Both the position numbers and the translations under genes were made by a program. Below, one piece after another: positions 18,872-27,367 of a DNA stretch of 64,000 bases (its first letter is position 1; each line of letters begins with the position of its first letter). Source of the DNA: Luteolibacter sp. (GTDB taxonomy: Bacteria; Verrucomicrobiota; Verrucomicrobiia; Verrucomicrobiales; Akkermansiaceae); assembly GCA_043766715.1 (NCBI GenBank), contig JAYUHS010000176.1, positions 15,379-79,378 on the forward strand. The letters run 5' to 3'. The notes beneath the pieces were generated by a model. The model was not told where the DNA came from. It worked only from the letters and a program-made list of their open reading frames with translations, and searched no databases.

Positions 18872-19237
18872 CGTTAAAAATTTCGATTTCGATCCGGTTC
18901 TAGGGCGGGGAGCAGATTTGTCAAGTTGCATTAACAATCCGCAGCGCTTGGCTTTCCTCGGTTTAGAATGATCTTTCAAAAAAGCTAGTCTTTTTTTAAA
19001 ATCCACGCCCGAGGTGACGGATGTTTTTAAAAATCGATATTGACAGTGGGCACCTGACCTCGGTCGGTCGCGGTGGGCTGCTGTCGGATAGAGTCGGACA
19101 TCTCGCGACTCGGCAACCTCTGGCTTGTGCAAGATGCAATTCCGAACAAGATCGCGGCAGTCGCCCAACAATTCCTATCAATCGCTGACAGAAATCAAGG
19201 TCTGCCAAATCGTTTTTTTAATTATCTATCTCTCGAA

Positions 19238-20863
19238 ATGAGTGAGTCACCCACTACGGCGAGGCCGATTACGAATTCAAATAGTCTCAGGAAAACCGCG
19301 GTACCGGTGGATGCGGTGCTCATTTTGGGCGGCTTTATTCTGGTGTGTCTGGTCGAGCTGCTGGCCATTCTCGTGCTGAATGACTTCAAGCTCGTTTACA
19401 CGATGGATGACCCTTACATCCATCTGGCGGTGGCGGAGGAAATCGCTCGTGGCCACTACGGGGTGAATAGTGCTGAGTTTTGCGCACCTTGCTCCAGTCC
19501 CATCTGGCCATTTCTAATCGCGCCCTTGGCGCGGACTCCGCTGGTCGAGGTGATGCCGCTGATTCTGAACCTCGGTTTCGGATTTCTGACTTGTGTGGTG
19601 GTTTTGCGGGGCCTGCGGCGGGCGTTTCCATCGCCAGAAGGGGAGCGCGGGCTGTCGTTGCAAGTGGGGCGGGCGACGATGGGCTGGGCCGTCCTGCTCG
19701 GGTGTAATGTGGTGGGCTTGGTGTTCAGCGGGATGGAGCATAATTTGCAGGTGCTGATGGCGGTGATGGTGGTGGATGGGATGATTCAATTTTCAAAAAC
19801 GGGGAATGTGGATCGTTGGTTCATGGTGGCTGTCGTCTGCGGGCCGTGGGTGCGGTATGAAAACATGGCGCTGACTGCCGTGGCGTGTGGGTTACTTTTT
19901 TTTAAAAAACAGAAGGTCGCGGCCATGGTGAGCGGCGGTGCGGCGGTCGCGGGACTGGCGGTGTTTTCGGGATTCCTTTATTTTCTCGGATTGCCATTGA
20001 TTCCGAGCTCGATCACCTCGAAGTCCCACCTGCTGACAGATAGCCACTTGGTCGGAGGGATTCTTCAGGCGGTGGCGCAGTCGCTGATGGGCAACCGCGG
20101 GATCATCTTGCTGCTGATGACTGCGGTTCTTGTGGGTCTCAGCCTGTGCTCGGAAGCGAAAAGGACCCGAGGTGCGGCGCTTGGTCTAGCGGCTGCGGGG
20201 ATTCTGCATGCGTGCTTCGGGGCTTATGGATGGTATCATCGCTACGAGTGTTATATTTATGCGGCATCGCTGTATGGGATATTTTTGCTGATCGGGGATT
20301 CGGCTTTCCGCCTATCAAAAAAATGGACTCATGGACACTCGGCGACCGTGGCGCTCTTCGGGTTATTGATTTCGTTTCCCGCCACTGCCGGGTTGCTGAC
20401 CGTCCCAGTGGCGTCGAATAACATCTACGATCAGCAATTCCAGATGCATCGATTCGTGACGGAGTGGTGGAAAAAGCCGTTGGCGGTGAATGACTTAGGA
20501 TGGGTTAGTTTCCACAATGATCAGTATATCCTCGATCTATGGGGGCTCGCCTCGCAGGAGGCCTTGGATGCACGGATGAAAAAGAGCGACCCCTCGTGGA
20601 TGGTCGAAGAGGCTCGGAAACGCGGGGTGGAACTCGCCATCGTTTACGAAAACTGGGTGCCTGCCCGGGCGATCGGCTGGATCAAAGTCGGAGAAATGCA
20701 CCTTTCTCGGGAGCGGGTGACGCCAGCAAACGCGGAGGTGGCTTTTTTCGCGACCTCATCTGCCTCGGTTGGAGAAATTGAACGGAAGCTTCAAGATTTT
20801 AAGAAGACGCTTCCGCCGGGAGTGGTTCTTCTAACTCTCTCCGATTTCCGACAAACTCAGTGA
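19238..20863 (+). CDS. Large polytopic membrane protein, possible GT-C-like glycosyltransferase
   Basis: ATG at 19238 (MSESPTTARP...). More than 10 TM segments, an early DDPYIHLAVAEEIARGHYGVN loop and a ~130-aa soluble C-terminal domain. Confidence 0.45.
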   Translation: MSESPTTARPITNSNSLRKTAVPVDAVLILGGFILVCLVELLAILVLNDFKLVYTMDDPYIHLAVAEEIARGHYGVNSAEFCAPCSSPIWPFLIAPLARTPLVEVMPLILNLGFGFLTCVVVLRGLRRAFPSPEGERGLSLQVGRATMGWAVLLGCNVVGLVFSGMEHNLQVLMAVMVVDGMIQFSKTGNVDRWFMVAVVCGPWVRYENMALTAVACGLLFFKKQKVAAMVSGGAAVAGLAVFSGFLYFLGLPLIPSSITSKSHLLTDSHLVGGILQAVAQSLMGNRGIILLLMTAVLVGLSLCSEAKRTRGAALGLAAAGILHACFGAYGWYHRYECYIYAASLYGIFLLIGDSAFRLSKKWTHGHSATVALFGLLISFPATAGLLTVPVASNNIYDQQFQMHRFVTEWWKKPLAVNDLGWVSFHNDQYILDLWGLASQEALDARMKKSDPSWMVEEARKRGVELAIVYENWVPARAIGWIKVGEMHLSRERVTPANAEVAFFATSSASVGEIERKLQDFKKTLPPGVVLLTLSDFRQTQ

Positions 20864-21017
20864 GTCGTTCAGTGCTGCCGCAAGATTGACGCAAGGATTT
20901 CTGGGCAGAGTGAGAGGTTCTAGTTTGGCTAAAACGTGGAGGATTTCACAACGCTCGGATTGGGTGGGTGGTCACATCGCCCAGCGGTCGATGGCGGGTT
21001 GGATGGGTTTCCAAATT

Positions 21018-22424
21018 TTAGTCTCGTTCGGCGGCCTTGGCGATTCGGAGGAGCATGGCCTCGCCGAGGTGGGGGCCGAGGATTTGCAGGCCGACGGGGA
21101 GGTTTTTCCCATCATCTGAAACGACGGTGCCGCAAGGGACGGAGATGCCTGGGATGCCGGCGAGGTTGGCGGCGATGGTAAAAATGTCGGAGAGGTATTC
21201 TTCGAGTGGGTCGCTGTGGGCCACACCGATTTCCCGGGCAGGGCTGGAGACGACGGGGGAGAGGATGGCATCGACCGTCGCGAACGCGTTCTCGAAATCT
21301 TGGCGGATGAGGGTGCGGACCTTCTGGGCGCGGCTGTAAAAGGCGTCGTGGTAGCCGGAAGAAAGGACGTAGGTGCCGAGGATGATGCGGCGTTTCACCT
21401 CGGGGCCGAAGCCTTGCTCGCGGGATTTTTTGTAAAGATCCAAGACATCGGCCGGGTTGGCGGCGCGGTGGCCGTAGCGGATTCCGTCGAAGCGCGAGAG
21501 GTTCGACGAGGCCTCTGCCGGGGCGATGACGTAGTAGGTGGCGACGGCGTAGGCGGTGTGCGGCAGGGAAATTTCGACAAGCTCGGCACCTTGCGCGGCG
21601 AGGGATTGGATGGATTTCTCGACTTGGGCGCGGACTTGGGGATCGATCCCAGGGCCGAAGTATTCCTTGGGGATGCCGAGTTTCAGCCCCTTCACGCCGT
21701 CGTGGAGAGTGGCCAAGTAGTCCGGGACGGGGACATCGAGACTGGTGGAGTCTGCGGGGTCGAACCCGGCGATGACTTGGAGAATGAGCGCGGCGTCTTC
21801 CACCGACTGGGTGAGCGGGCCGATCTGGTCGAGCGAGGAGGCGAAGGCGACAAGGCCGTAGCGGGAAACGCGGCCGTAGGATGGCTTGAGGCCTACGACT
21901 CCGCAGTGCGAGGCGGGCTGGCGGATGGAGCCGCCAGTGTCAGAACCAAGAGCGGCGATGGCGGTGCGGTCGGCGACGGCGGCGGCGGAACCACCGGAGG
22001 AACCGCCGGGGATGCGCGACGGGTCGTGGGGGTTACGGGTTTTTCCGAGGGCGGAATTTTCGGTGGAAGATCCCATCGCGAACTCGTCCTGATTCATCCG
22101 ACCGAAGGGGATGGCCCCGGCGGCGCGGAGTTTTTTGATAACGGTGGCGTCGTAGGGGGCGACGTAGTTTTCGAGAAATTTCGAGCCGCAAGTGCAGGGC
22201 TGGCCGAGGACGTTCATGTTGTCCTTGATGGCGATGGGGATGCCACCGAGCGGCAAGGAAAGGTCCGCGACGGCGGCCTCGGCGAGGGCGGACTGGAGAT
22301 CGTGCGAAAGATAGGCACCGGTCTGGGGATCGCGAGCGGCGATTTCCCCGGCGAGTTTTTCGAGAATCGCGGTGGCGGTGGTGGCTCCGGCGGTGAGCTG
22401 CTGGCGGAGTTGGGAAATGGTCAT
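21018..22424 (-). CDS. gatA: Asp-tRNA(Asn)/Glu-tRNA(Gln) amidotransferase subunit A
   Basis: 468 aa with the amidase signature GGSSGGSAAAVA and a full-length GatA-like sequence. Confidence 0.92.
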   Translation of the reverse strand: MTISQLRQQLTAGATTATAILEKLAGEIAARDPQTGAYLSHDLQSALAEAAVADLSLPLGGIPIAIKDNMNVLGQPCTCGSKFLENYVAPYDATVIKKLRAAGAIPFGRMNQDEFAMGSSTENSALGKTRNPHDPSRIPGGSSGGSAAAVADRTAIAALGSDTGGSIRQPASHCGVVGLKPSYGRVSRYGLVAFASSLDQIGPLTQSVEDAALILQVIAGFDPADSTSLDVPVPDYLATLHDGVKGLKLGIPKEYFGPGIDPQVRAQVEKSIQSLAAQGAELVEISLPHTAYAVATYYVIAPAEASSNLSRFDGIRYGHRAANPADVLDLYKKSREQGFGPEVKRRIILGTYVLSSGYHDAFYSRAQKVRTLIRQDFENAFATVDAILSPVVSSPAREIGVAHSDPLEEYLSDIFTIAANLAGIPGISVPCGTVVSDDGKNLPVGLQILGPHLGEAMLLRIAKAAERD

Positions 22425-22451
22425 GTGGAGAGTGGAGAGGGAAATTTTGAT

Positions 22452-22745
22452 TTATGCGTCGGTGACGACTTTCGGCACGCGGATCTGGCCTTGGGCTTGG
22501 TCGGGGGCGTTTTGGAGGACCGCTTCCGGTGTCAGGCTGGTGTGCGGGACATCGTCACGCATCCGGCCGAAAACGGGGGTGGCGTGGGCGGTTTCATCGA
22601 TCCCGGAGACGTCGAGCTGCGAGAGGGTCTCCATGTAGCCGAGGATGGCTTCGAGCTGAGGCTGGAATTCCGCGACTTCCGCCTCGGAGAGTTCGAGGCG
22701 GGCGAGATTCGCGACGTAGCGGACATCGATGGGACTGTGCGACAT
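22452..22745 (-). CDS. gatC: Asp-tRNA(Asn)/Glu-tRNA(Gln) amidotransferase subunit C
   Basis: ATG at 22743-22745 (MSHSPIDVRYVANLARLELSEAEVAEFQPQLEAILGYM...). Directly upstream of gatA. Confidence 0.85.
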   Translation of the reverse strand: MSHSPIDVRYVANLARLELSEAEVAEFQPQLEAILGYMETLSQLDVSGIDETAHATPVFGRMRDDVPHTSLTPEAVLQNAPDQAQGQIRVPKVVTDA

Positions 22746-22911
22746 GGCTGGGAGCGTCTGGAAAGCCCGGGAAATTTCCAAGTGCCAAGTGCGAGCAGTG
22801 GGAAAAGAAGGCTGAGTAGGGCACTCTACCTCACACCGGCACGACGAGACCTTCCGCTTCAGCTGGCGTGAGGAATCCGTCGGTATGATTCTGGATATCG
22901 TTTATCAGTCT

Positions 22912-23175
22912 TCCGCGCCAAAGGCGCTTCCTATCCCAGCCTAGGGCAACGCCCTAGGAATCGTCGGTGAGGAGAAAATGAGGGCTGAAGGCCCGGCCCA
23001 TTCTGAAATTGTGACTCGGAATCACCGATGGACCGGCCCTTCAGCCCTTTGATGTTGAGTCGAATTCATTTCCTAGGGCGATGCCCTAGGCTGGGATGGG
23101 TCGCGCCGTCGGCGCTGGGGAATTGGGGCGATGCCCTAGGCTGGGATGGGTCGCACCGTTGGCGCTGGGGAGTTG
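22912..23175. repeat. REP/MITE-like composite palindromic repeat cluster
   Basis: A ~50-bp unit (gggcgatgccctaggctgggatgggtcgcRccgtYggcgctgggga) occurs in tandem at 23076-23124 and 23126-23174, and in inverted orientation at about 22912-22960. A nested imperfect inverted repeat lies at 22982-22999 / 23030-23047. Confidence 0.75.
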
Positions 23176-23183
23176 GGCAGTGC

Positions 23184-24950
23184 TCAGTCCGCACGCAGGC
23201 TGTCGATTTTTCCCTGCGTGGCGGTGGCGTCTTCCGGCTGTTTGGCTTGCTCGTAGGATTTTTTCAGGCCGAGGAGGGCGGTCATGTCGTTCGGGAAACT
23301 GGTGAGGGCGCGTTGGTAGGCCTCAATGGCTTCCTTGGGCTGGCTGGTGGTGAGGAAATACTCGCCGAGGTGGATGGCCATGGGGGTGAGATTCATGGGT
23401 GGAAACATCATGGGAGCGGGGACTTGGCGGTCGGCAGCGGAGGCGAACCAATTATAAGCGGTGCCGGTGCGTTCCTTAGGACCGGCCATGGTGAGCTGGC
23501 CGCGGAGCTCGCTGGCGAGGACTTCCATGGCGCGGAAGCCGCGAGTCCATGGGGAGCGCTCGCCATTCGAAGCGGCGGTGGCTTGGGTCTTGCTCATGGC
23601 CTCGCCGTGATGGGTGATGGCGTCCACGACGTCGCGGGCCTCGCTGATTTTTCCCTCTTCGATGAGGCGGCGTGCTTCGAGGGCGAGCCGGAGTCCATCG
23701 ATCCACCAGTAGGCGAGCGATGAGTCGCGGGTCTCCTTGATTTCCGCAGGGGAGGGCAGGGAATGCAGGGCGTCGCTGGCATTTCCCTTAAGGCCACGGC
23801 GGAGGAGGACGCGGGCGGGGAGAGTTTTAGCATCCCAGATGAGGAGGCGGGCACCAGATGAAGAGCTGCGGCCTTTCGGGGCGGGGGTGGCGGCGACTTG
23901 GCGGGCGGCGGCGTAGGCGGTATCGAAGTCGCCCTTGGAGGCAAGCGAGACGATGCGGTAGCACTCGGACTTCACCCACTCGGGGCAGTCGGCGACGCTG
24001 GCTTTGTTTTCCTTCATCCAAGTTTCGAAAAAGGTCGAGGCGCGGCCAAATGCGGAAGTCGCCTTGCCGTGGTGGCCGCAGCGCCATTCGTAGTGGCCGA
24101 GGAGGTGGAAATATGGTGGGTAGTCCGGGGCCATCTGGGTGAGCTTGCGGGCGAGGTCGAGCGAGCTACTGAGGTCTGGGGACTCGGCGCGAATGGTGAG
24201 CAGGGCATTGAGCGGGAGCGGACTCAGCGGGTTTTTCTCGATCATCGCGAGTAGGCTCTTCTCGGCGACTTCTTGGTCGGGCGTGGCGGAGCCGAGGTCG
24301 TCGTAGCCGCCGCGACCGAAAAGCGCGGCGAAGATGCCGGCTTGGAGGTCGTTCGGAAATTGGGCGGCGACCTTGTGGAAGGCGATGGTGGCTCCGGAGG
24401 GGCCTTCTTCGATGTATTTGATCAGGCCAAAGGCGTAACCACGCTCAAGCTCGGTGCCTTTTCCCTGATCCACGAGGTCGAGCAACCGGGCGGTGACGGC
24501 GATGCGTGCCTTGTCGTTTTCCGGGGACGGGGTGAGCAGTGACATCAGCATCCCCCAGTGGGCGAGCAGGCATTCTGGGTCTTCGCGCATGGCGACAGCG
24601 AAATGGCGGCTAGCCTCGAATTCCCAACCGCCGTGGAGGTGGTTCATCCCTTGATTCACGTGGACTTGGGCCTTGTCGGTGGCAGCGGTGACGGCCATTT
24701 GGATGCCGTTGGGGAAATTAAATAGGGCCGGTTCGCCTAGCGCTTTCACGGGATCGGGGATCGCGGCTTCCACGCCCGGGGTCTCATCTGCGGTGGGTGA
24801 AACGACCACTGCCTTCGGGTGGGCGGCGTCCTCGGGGTTCCGTGAAATTTTCGTTTTCACCACCGCCTTGGGTGTCGCTGGGGCTGCCGTTTCCTCACCC
24901 GCCGCCAAGCCACAACCCACCAGCAATGCCGCGATCAACCGTATTCTCAT
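23184..24950 (-). CDS. Secreted TPR-repeat protein
   Basis: ATG at 24948-24950 gives the signal peptide MRIRLIAALLVGCGLAAG. TPR-like helical repeats run throughout (e.g. PKEAIEAYQRALTSFPNDMTALLGLKKSYEQ). Confidence 0.65.
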   Translation of the reverse strand: MRIRLIAALLVGCGLAAGEETAAPATPKAVVKTKISRNPEDAAHPKAVVVSPTADETPGVEAAIPDPVKALGEPALFNFPNGIQMAVTAATDKAQVHVNQGMNHLHGGWEFEASRHFAVAMREDPECLLAHWGMLMSLLTPSPENDKARIAVTARLLDLVDQGKGTELERGYAFGLIKYIEEGPSGATIAFHKVAAQFPNDLQAGIFAALFGRGGYDDLGSATPDQEVAEKSLLAMIEKNPLSPLPLNALLTIRAESPDLSSSLDLARKLTQMAPDYPPYFHLLGHYEWRCGHHGKATSAFGRASTFFETWMKENKASVADCPEWVKSECYRIVSLASKGDFDTAYAAARQVAATPAPKGRSSSSGARLLIWDAKTLPARVLLRRGLKGNASDALHSLPSPAEIKETRDSSLAYWWIDGLRLALEARRLIEEGKISEARDVVDAITHHGEAMSKTQATAASNGERSPWTRGFRAMEVLASELRGQLTMAGPKERTGTAYNWFASAADRQVPAPMMFPPMNLTPMAIHLGEYFLTTSQPKEAIEAYQRALTSFPNDMTALLGLKKSYEQAKQPEDATATQGKIDSLRAD

Positions 24951-25033
24951 GGCGCAAGATGGCCACGCACGGCCCGCAGCTCCAAGCAAAATGACGCTGG
25001 CGTGTGCTGCGATGGGCCGCTTAATCTCCGGCC

Positions 25034-25837
25034 ATGAAGCTTGGCGTCATCGGTTGTGGGAAAATGGGAACAGCACTGGTCCAAGGCGCGATCCGTGCCG
25101 GAGTGGTCGGGGCTACGGACATCATCGGCTGCGATCCGTTTGAAAAATCCCGTGAGGCATTTGTCCTCGCCACCGCCGCGAAGGTCACTACCGATGTCGT
25201 GGAATTGGCTGCCGCGAGCGAAATTATCCTGCTTTGCACTAAGCCGCCGGATGTCGCGAAGGCCCTCGCTGACGCTGCAAAAGCCGCCGCGGGGGAGTCG
25301 CGCTTGGTCATTTCCATCGCCGCTGGGGTCACGCTTGCCGCCTTGGAAGCTGCCGCGTCTGAGAATTTCCGCGTCATCCGTGCCATGCCGAACACCCCGG
25401 CGCTCGTCGGCCACGGAGCCGCCGCCTACTGCCTCGGCACCCGCGCTACTCCAGCAGATGCACAGACGGCGCAGGCACTGCTCGGCGCAGTCGGCCTCGC
25501 ACTCGAAGTCCCGGAACGGCTGATGGATGCCGTCACTGGACTCTCCGGCAGCGGCCCTGCTTACATTTATCTGGTGATCGACGCCCTCGCCGACGGTGGG
25601 GTCCGCGCTGGCATCCCCCGCGCCGATTCCGTCCGCCTCGCCGCGCAAACCGTGCTCGGTGCTGCGGCCATGGTCCTCGAAACCGGCGAGCACCCCGCCG
25701 TGCTCAAGGACATGGTCACCTCACCCGGCGGCACCACCATCGCCGGACTTGCCACCTTGGAAAAACACGGCCTGCGCTCCGCCTTGATCGAGGCCGTCGG
25801 AGCCGCGACTCAGCGCGCCGTGGAACTTGGCAAGTGA
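25034..25837 (+). CDS. proC: Pyrroline-5-carboxylate reductase
   Basis: 267 aa with an N-terminal Rossmann GxGxxG (IGCGKMG) and the motifs GSGPAYIYLVIDALADGGV and VTSPGGTTIAGL. Confidence 0.92.
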   Translation: MKLGVIGCGKMGTALVQGAIRAGVVGATDIIGCDPFEKSREAFVLATAAKVTTDVVELAAASEIILLCTKPPDVAKALADAAKAAAGESRLVISIAAGVTLAALEAAASENFRVIRAMPNTPALVGHGAAAYCLGTRATPADAQTAQALLGAVGLALEVPERLMDAVTGLSGSGPAYIYLVIDALADGGVRAGIPRADSVRLAAQTVLGAAAMVLETGEHPAVLKDMVTSPGGTTIAGLATLEKHGLRSALIEAVGAATQRAVELGK

Positions 25838-25872
25838 CTGATTTTGGGCTTTCCCCGCCTCTCCCGCCTCCT

Positions 25873-26820
25873 ATGCTGCCGCGCATGACCTATCGGTTTG
25901 CTGCCCTCGCGTTGATTTCTGCTTCCGCGTTCCACCTTTCCTCCTGCGGCCCGGACCCCGATACGCCGATCATGGCGGGAAATACCCAAGCTGCCGCGGC
26001 CGAGGGTGAGAAATTTTACCAAAGCGCCAAGCTCGCCGACCAAGCCGGTAAGACCGGAAAGGCCATCAAGCTCTACGACCAAACTGCCACCCGCTACCCT
26101 TTCGCCCCGTCTGCCCCGCAGGCCCGCTTCCGCCAAGCCCAGCTTCTCGAACAACAGGGCGACATCGTGAAATCCTTCGAGGCTTATGACCAATTTCTTT
26201 CCCGTTTCCAAGGCAGTGGGCTCTACACCACCGCCCTCAACCGCCAGATTTCCATGGCCCAGTCCGCCGCCGATGGCGATGTGAAACAAAGTATGCTCGG
26301 GCTGAAAACGAGGCTCTCGCTCGAAAAGACCGTGGAAATGCTCGGTAAGGTCCGTGATAATGCCCCGAAATCCCCAGCCGCCTCCAAGGCCCAGTTCACC
26401 ATCGGTCGCCTTTACGAAGGGAAGAAGAAATTCAAAGAGGCCACCCTCGCTTACCGCAAGCTCGTCAGCGACCAACCGATCAGCGCCGAGGCTCCCGAGT
26501 CACTCTTCCGAGTCGGTGTCATCCTCATGGCCGAGGCAGAGCGGGGAAACCAGAATCAGGCAAACGTCGCCCTCGCCCGTGAGGCCTTCAATGACTACCT
26601 AATCCAGTATCCCGGCCATTCGCGGAATGCGGAAGCTCGTAAATTGATCTCTAACCTCGGCGGTCGCGACTTACAAAAATCCTACGACATCGCCGAGTTC
26701 TATCAAAAAACCGGCAAGATAGAATCCGCCAAAGTTTACTACCGCGACATCGTGAGCACCGCCAAGTCCGGGCCGCTTCATGATAAGGCCAAGGCCCGCC
26801 TCAAGGAGCTCGGCGAGTGA
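25873..26820 (+). CDS. bamD: BamD-like TPR lipoprotein (outer membrane protein assembly factor)
   Basis: Lipoprotein signal with lipobox (ISASAFHLSSC). TPR-like repeats and an ...AEFYQKTGKIESAKVYYRDIV tail typical of BamD/YfiO. Confidence 0.6.
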   Translation: MLPRMTYRFAALALISASAFHLSSCGPDPDTPIMAGNTQAAAAEGEKFYQSAKLADQAGKTGKAIKLYDQTATRYPFAPSAPQARFRQAQLLEQQGDIVKSFEAYDQFLSRFQGSGLYTTALNRQISMAQSAADGDVKQSMLGLKTRLSLEKTVEMLGKVRDNAPKSPAASKAQFTIGRLYEGKKKFKEATLAYRKLVSDQPISAEAPESLFRVGVILMAEAERGNQNQANVALAREAFNDYLIQYPGHSRNAEARKLISNLGGRDLQKSYDIAEFYQKTGKIESAKVYYRDIVSTAKSGPLHDKAKARLKELGE

Positions 26821-26851
26821 TTTTCTCACCCCTTTCACCCTCATCGCGGCC

Positions 26852-27358
26852 ATGAAAATCCTCGCCCTGCTCACACCCGCGCTGCTGCTTGTTTCCTGTG
26901 CTGGCTATCAACTGGGTAACACCAAGCCCGCCTCGCTCAGTCGCGTGCACACCATCGCCGTGCCGATGTTTCGTAACTCCACCCTCCACCCGCGGGCCGA
27001 AGCACTAGCCACCTCTGCCGTGGCGAATGCTTTCATCCAAGATGGCACCTATCGGATCGGGACCTCGGATCATGCCGACGCCGTCCTCGAAGGCGAGCTG
27101 ACCAGCATCACCTACTCCACCATCCGTGGCACTCGCTACGACACGCTGCTGCCGGAAGAACTCAGTAATGCCGTCGCGCTGAACTGGACGCTCCGCGATG
27201 CGCACGACCCCACCAAGATCCTCGCATCCGGCAGTTCCAAGGGCGAAAGCCAACTCTTCGTCGGCTCAAATCTCCAGTCCGCTCGGAATAATGCCCTGCC
27301 CGAAGCCCTCGAACACGCGGGCGAGGCCCTCGTCTCCCGCCTCGCGAACGGCTACTAA
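26852..27358 (+). CDS. lptE: LptE-like LPS-assembly lipoprotein
   Basis: ATG at 26852. Lipobox LLLVSC|AGYQLG, then the VPMFRNSTLHPRAEALATSAVANAFIQDG pattern of LptE/RlpB. Confidence 0.55.
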   Translation: MKILALLTPALLLVSCAGYQLGNTKPASLSRVHTIAVPMFRNSTLHPRAEALATSAVANAFIQDGTYRIGTSDHADAVLEGELTSITYSTIRGTRYDTLLPEELSNAVALNWTLRDAHDPTKILASGSSKGESQLFVGSNLQSARNNALPEALEHAGEALVSRLANGY

Positions 27359-27367
27359 CTTGCACGG

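Noticed and set aside
21216-22871. 551-aa plus-strand ORF covering gatA and gatC in antisense
   Set aside because: Its Gly/Asp/Val/Arg-rich, low-complexity translation is typical of the antisense frame of GC-rich genes. The opposite strand encodes unmistakable GatA and GatC.
23028-23723. 231-aa plus-strand ORF starting in the REP-like repeats and running antisense to the TPR-protein gene
   Set aside because: Its N-terminus is a translation of the repeat units (GRCPRLGWVAPSALG, twice). The rest is Gly-rich antisense sequence. The minus-strand TPR protein has a signal peptide and coherent repeats.
24947-26475. Minus-strand ORFs 24947-25693 and 25810-26475, antisense to proC and the bamD-like gene
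   Set aside because: These are low-complexity Gly/Arg/Asp-rich translations, while the sense strands encode well-supported proteins.
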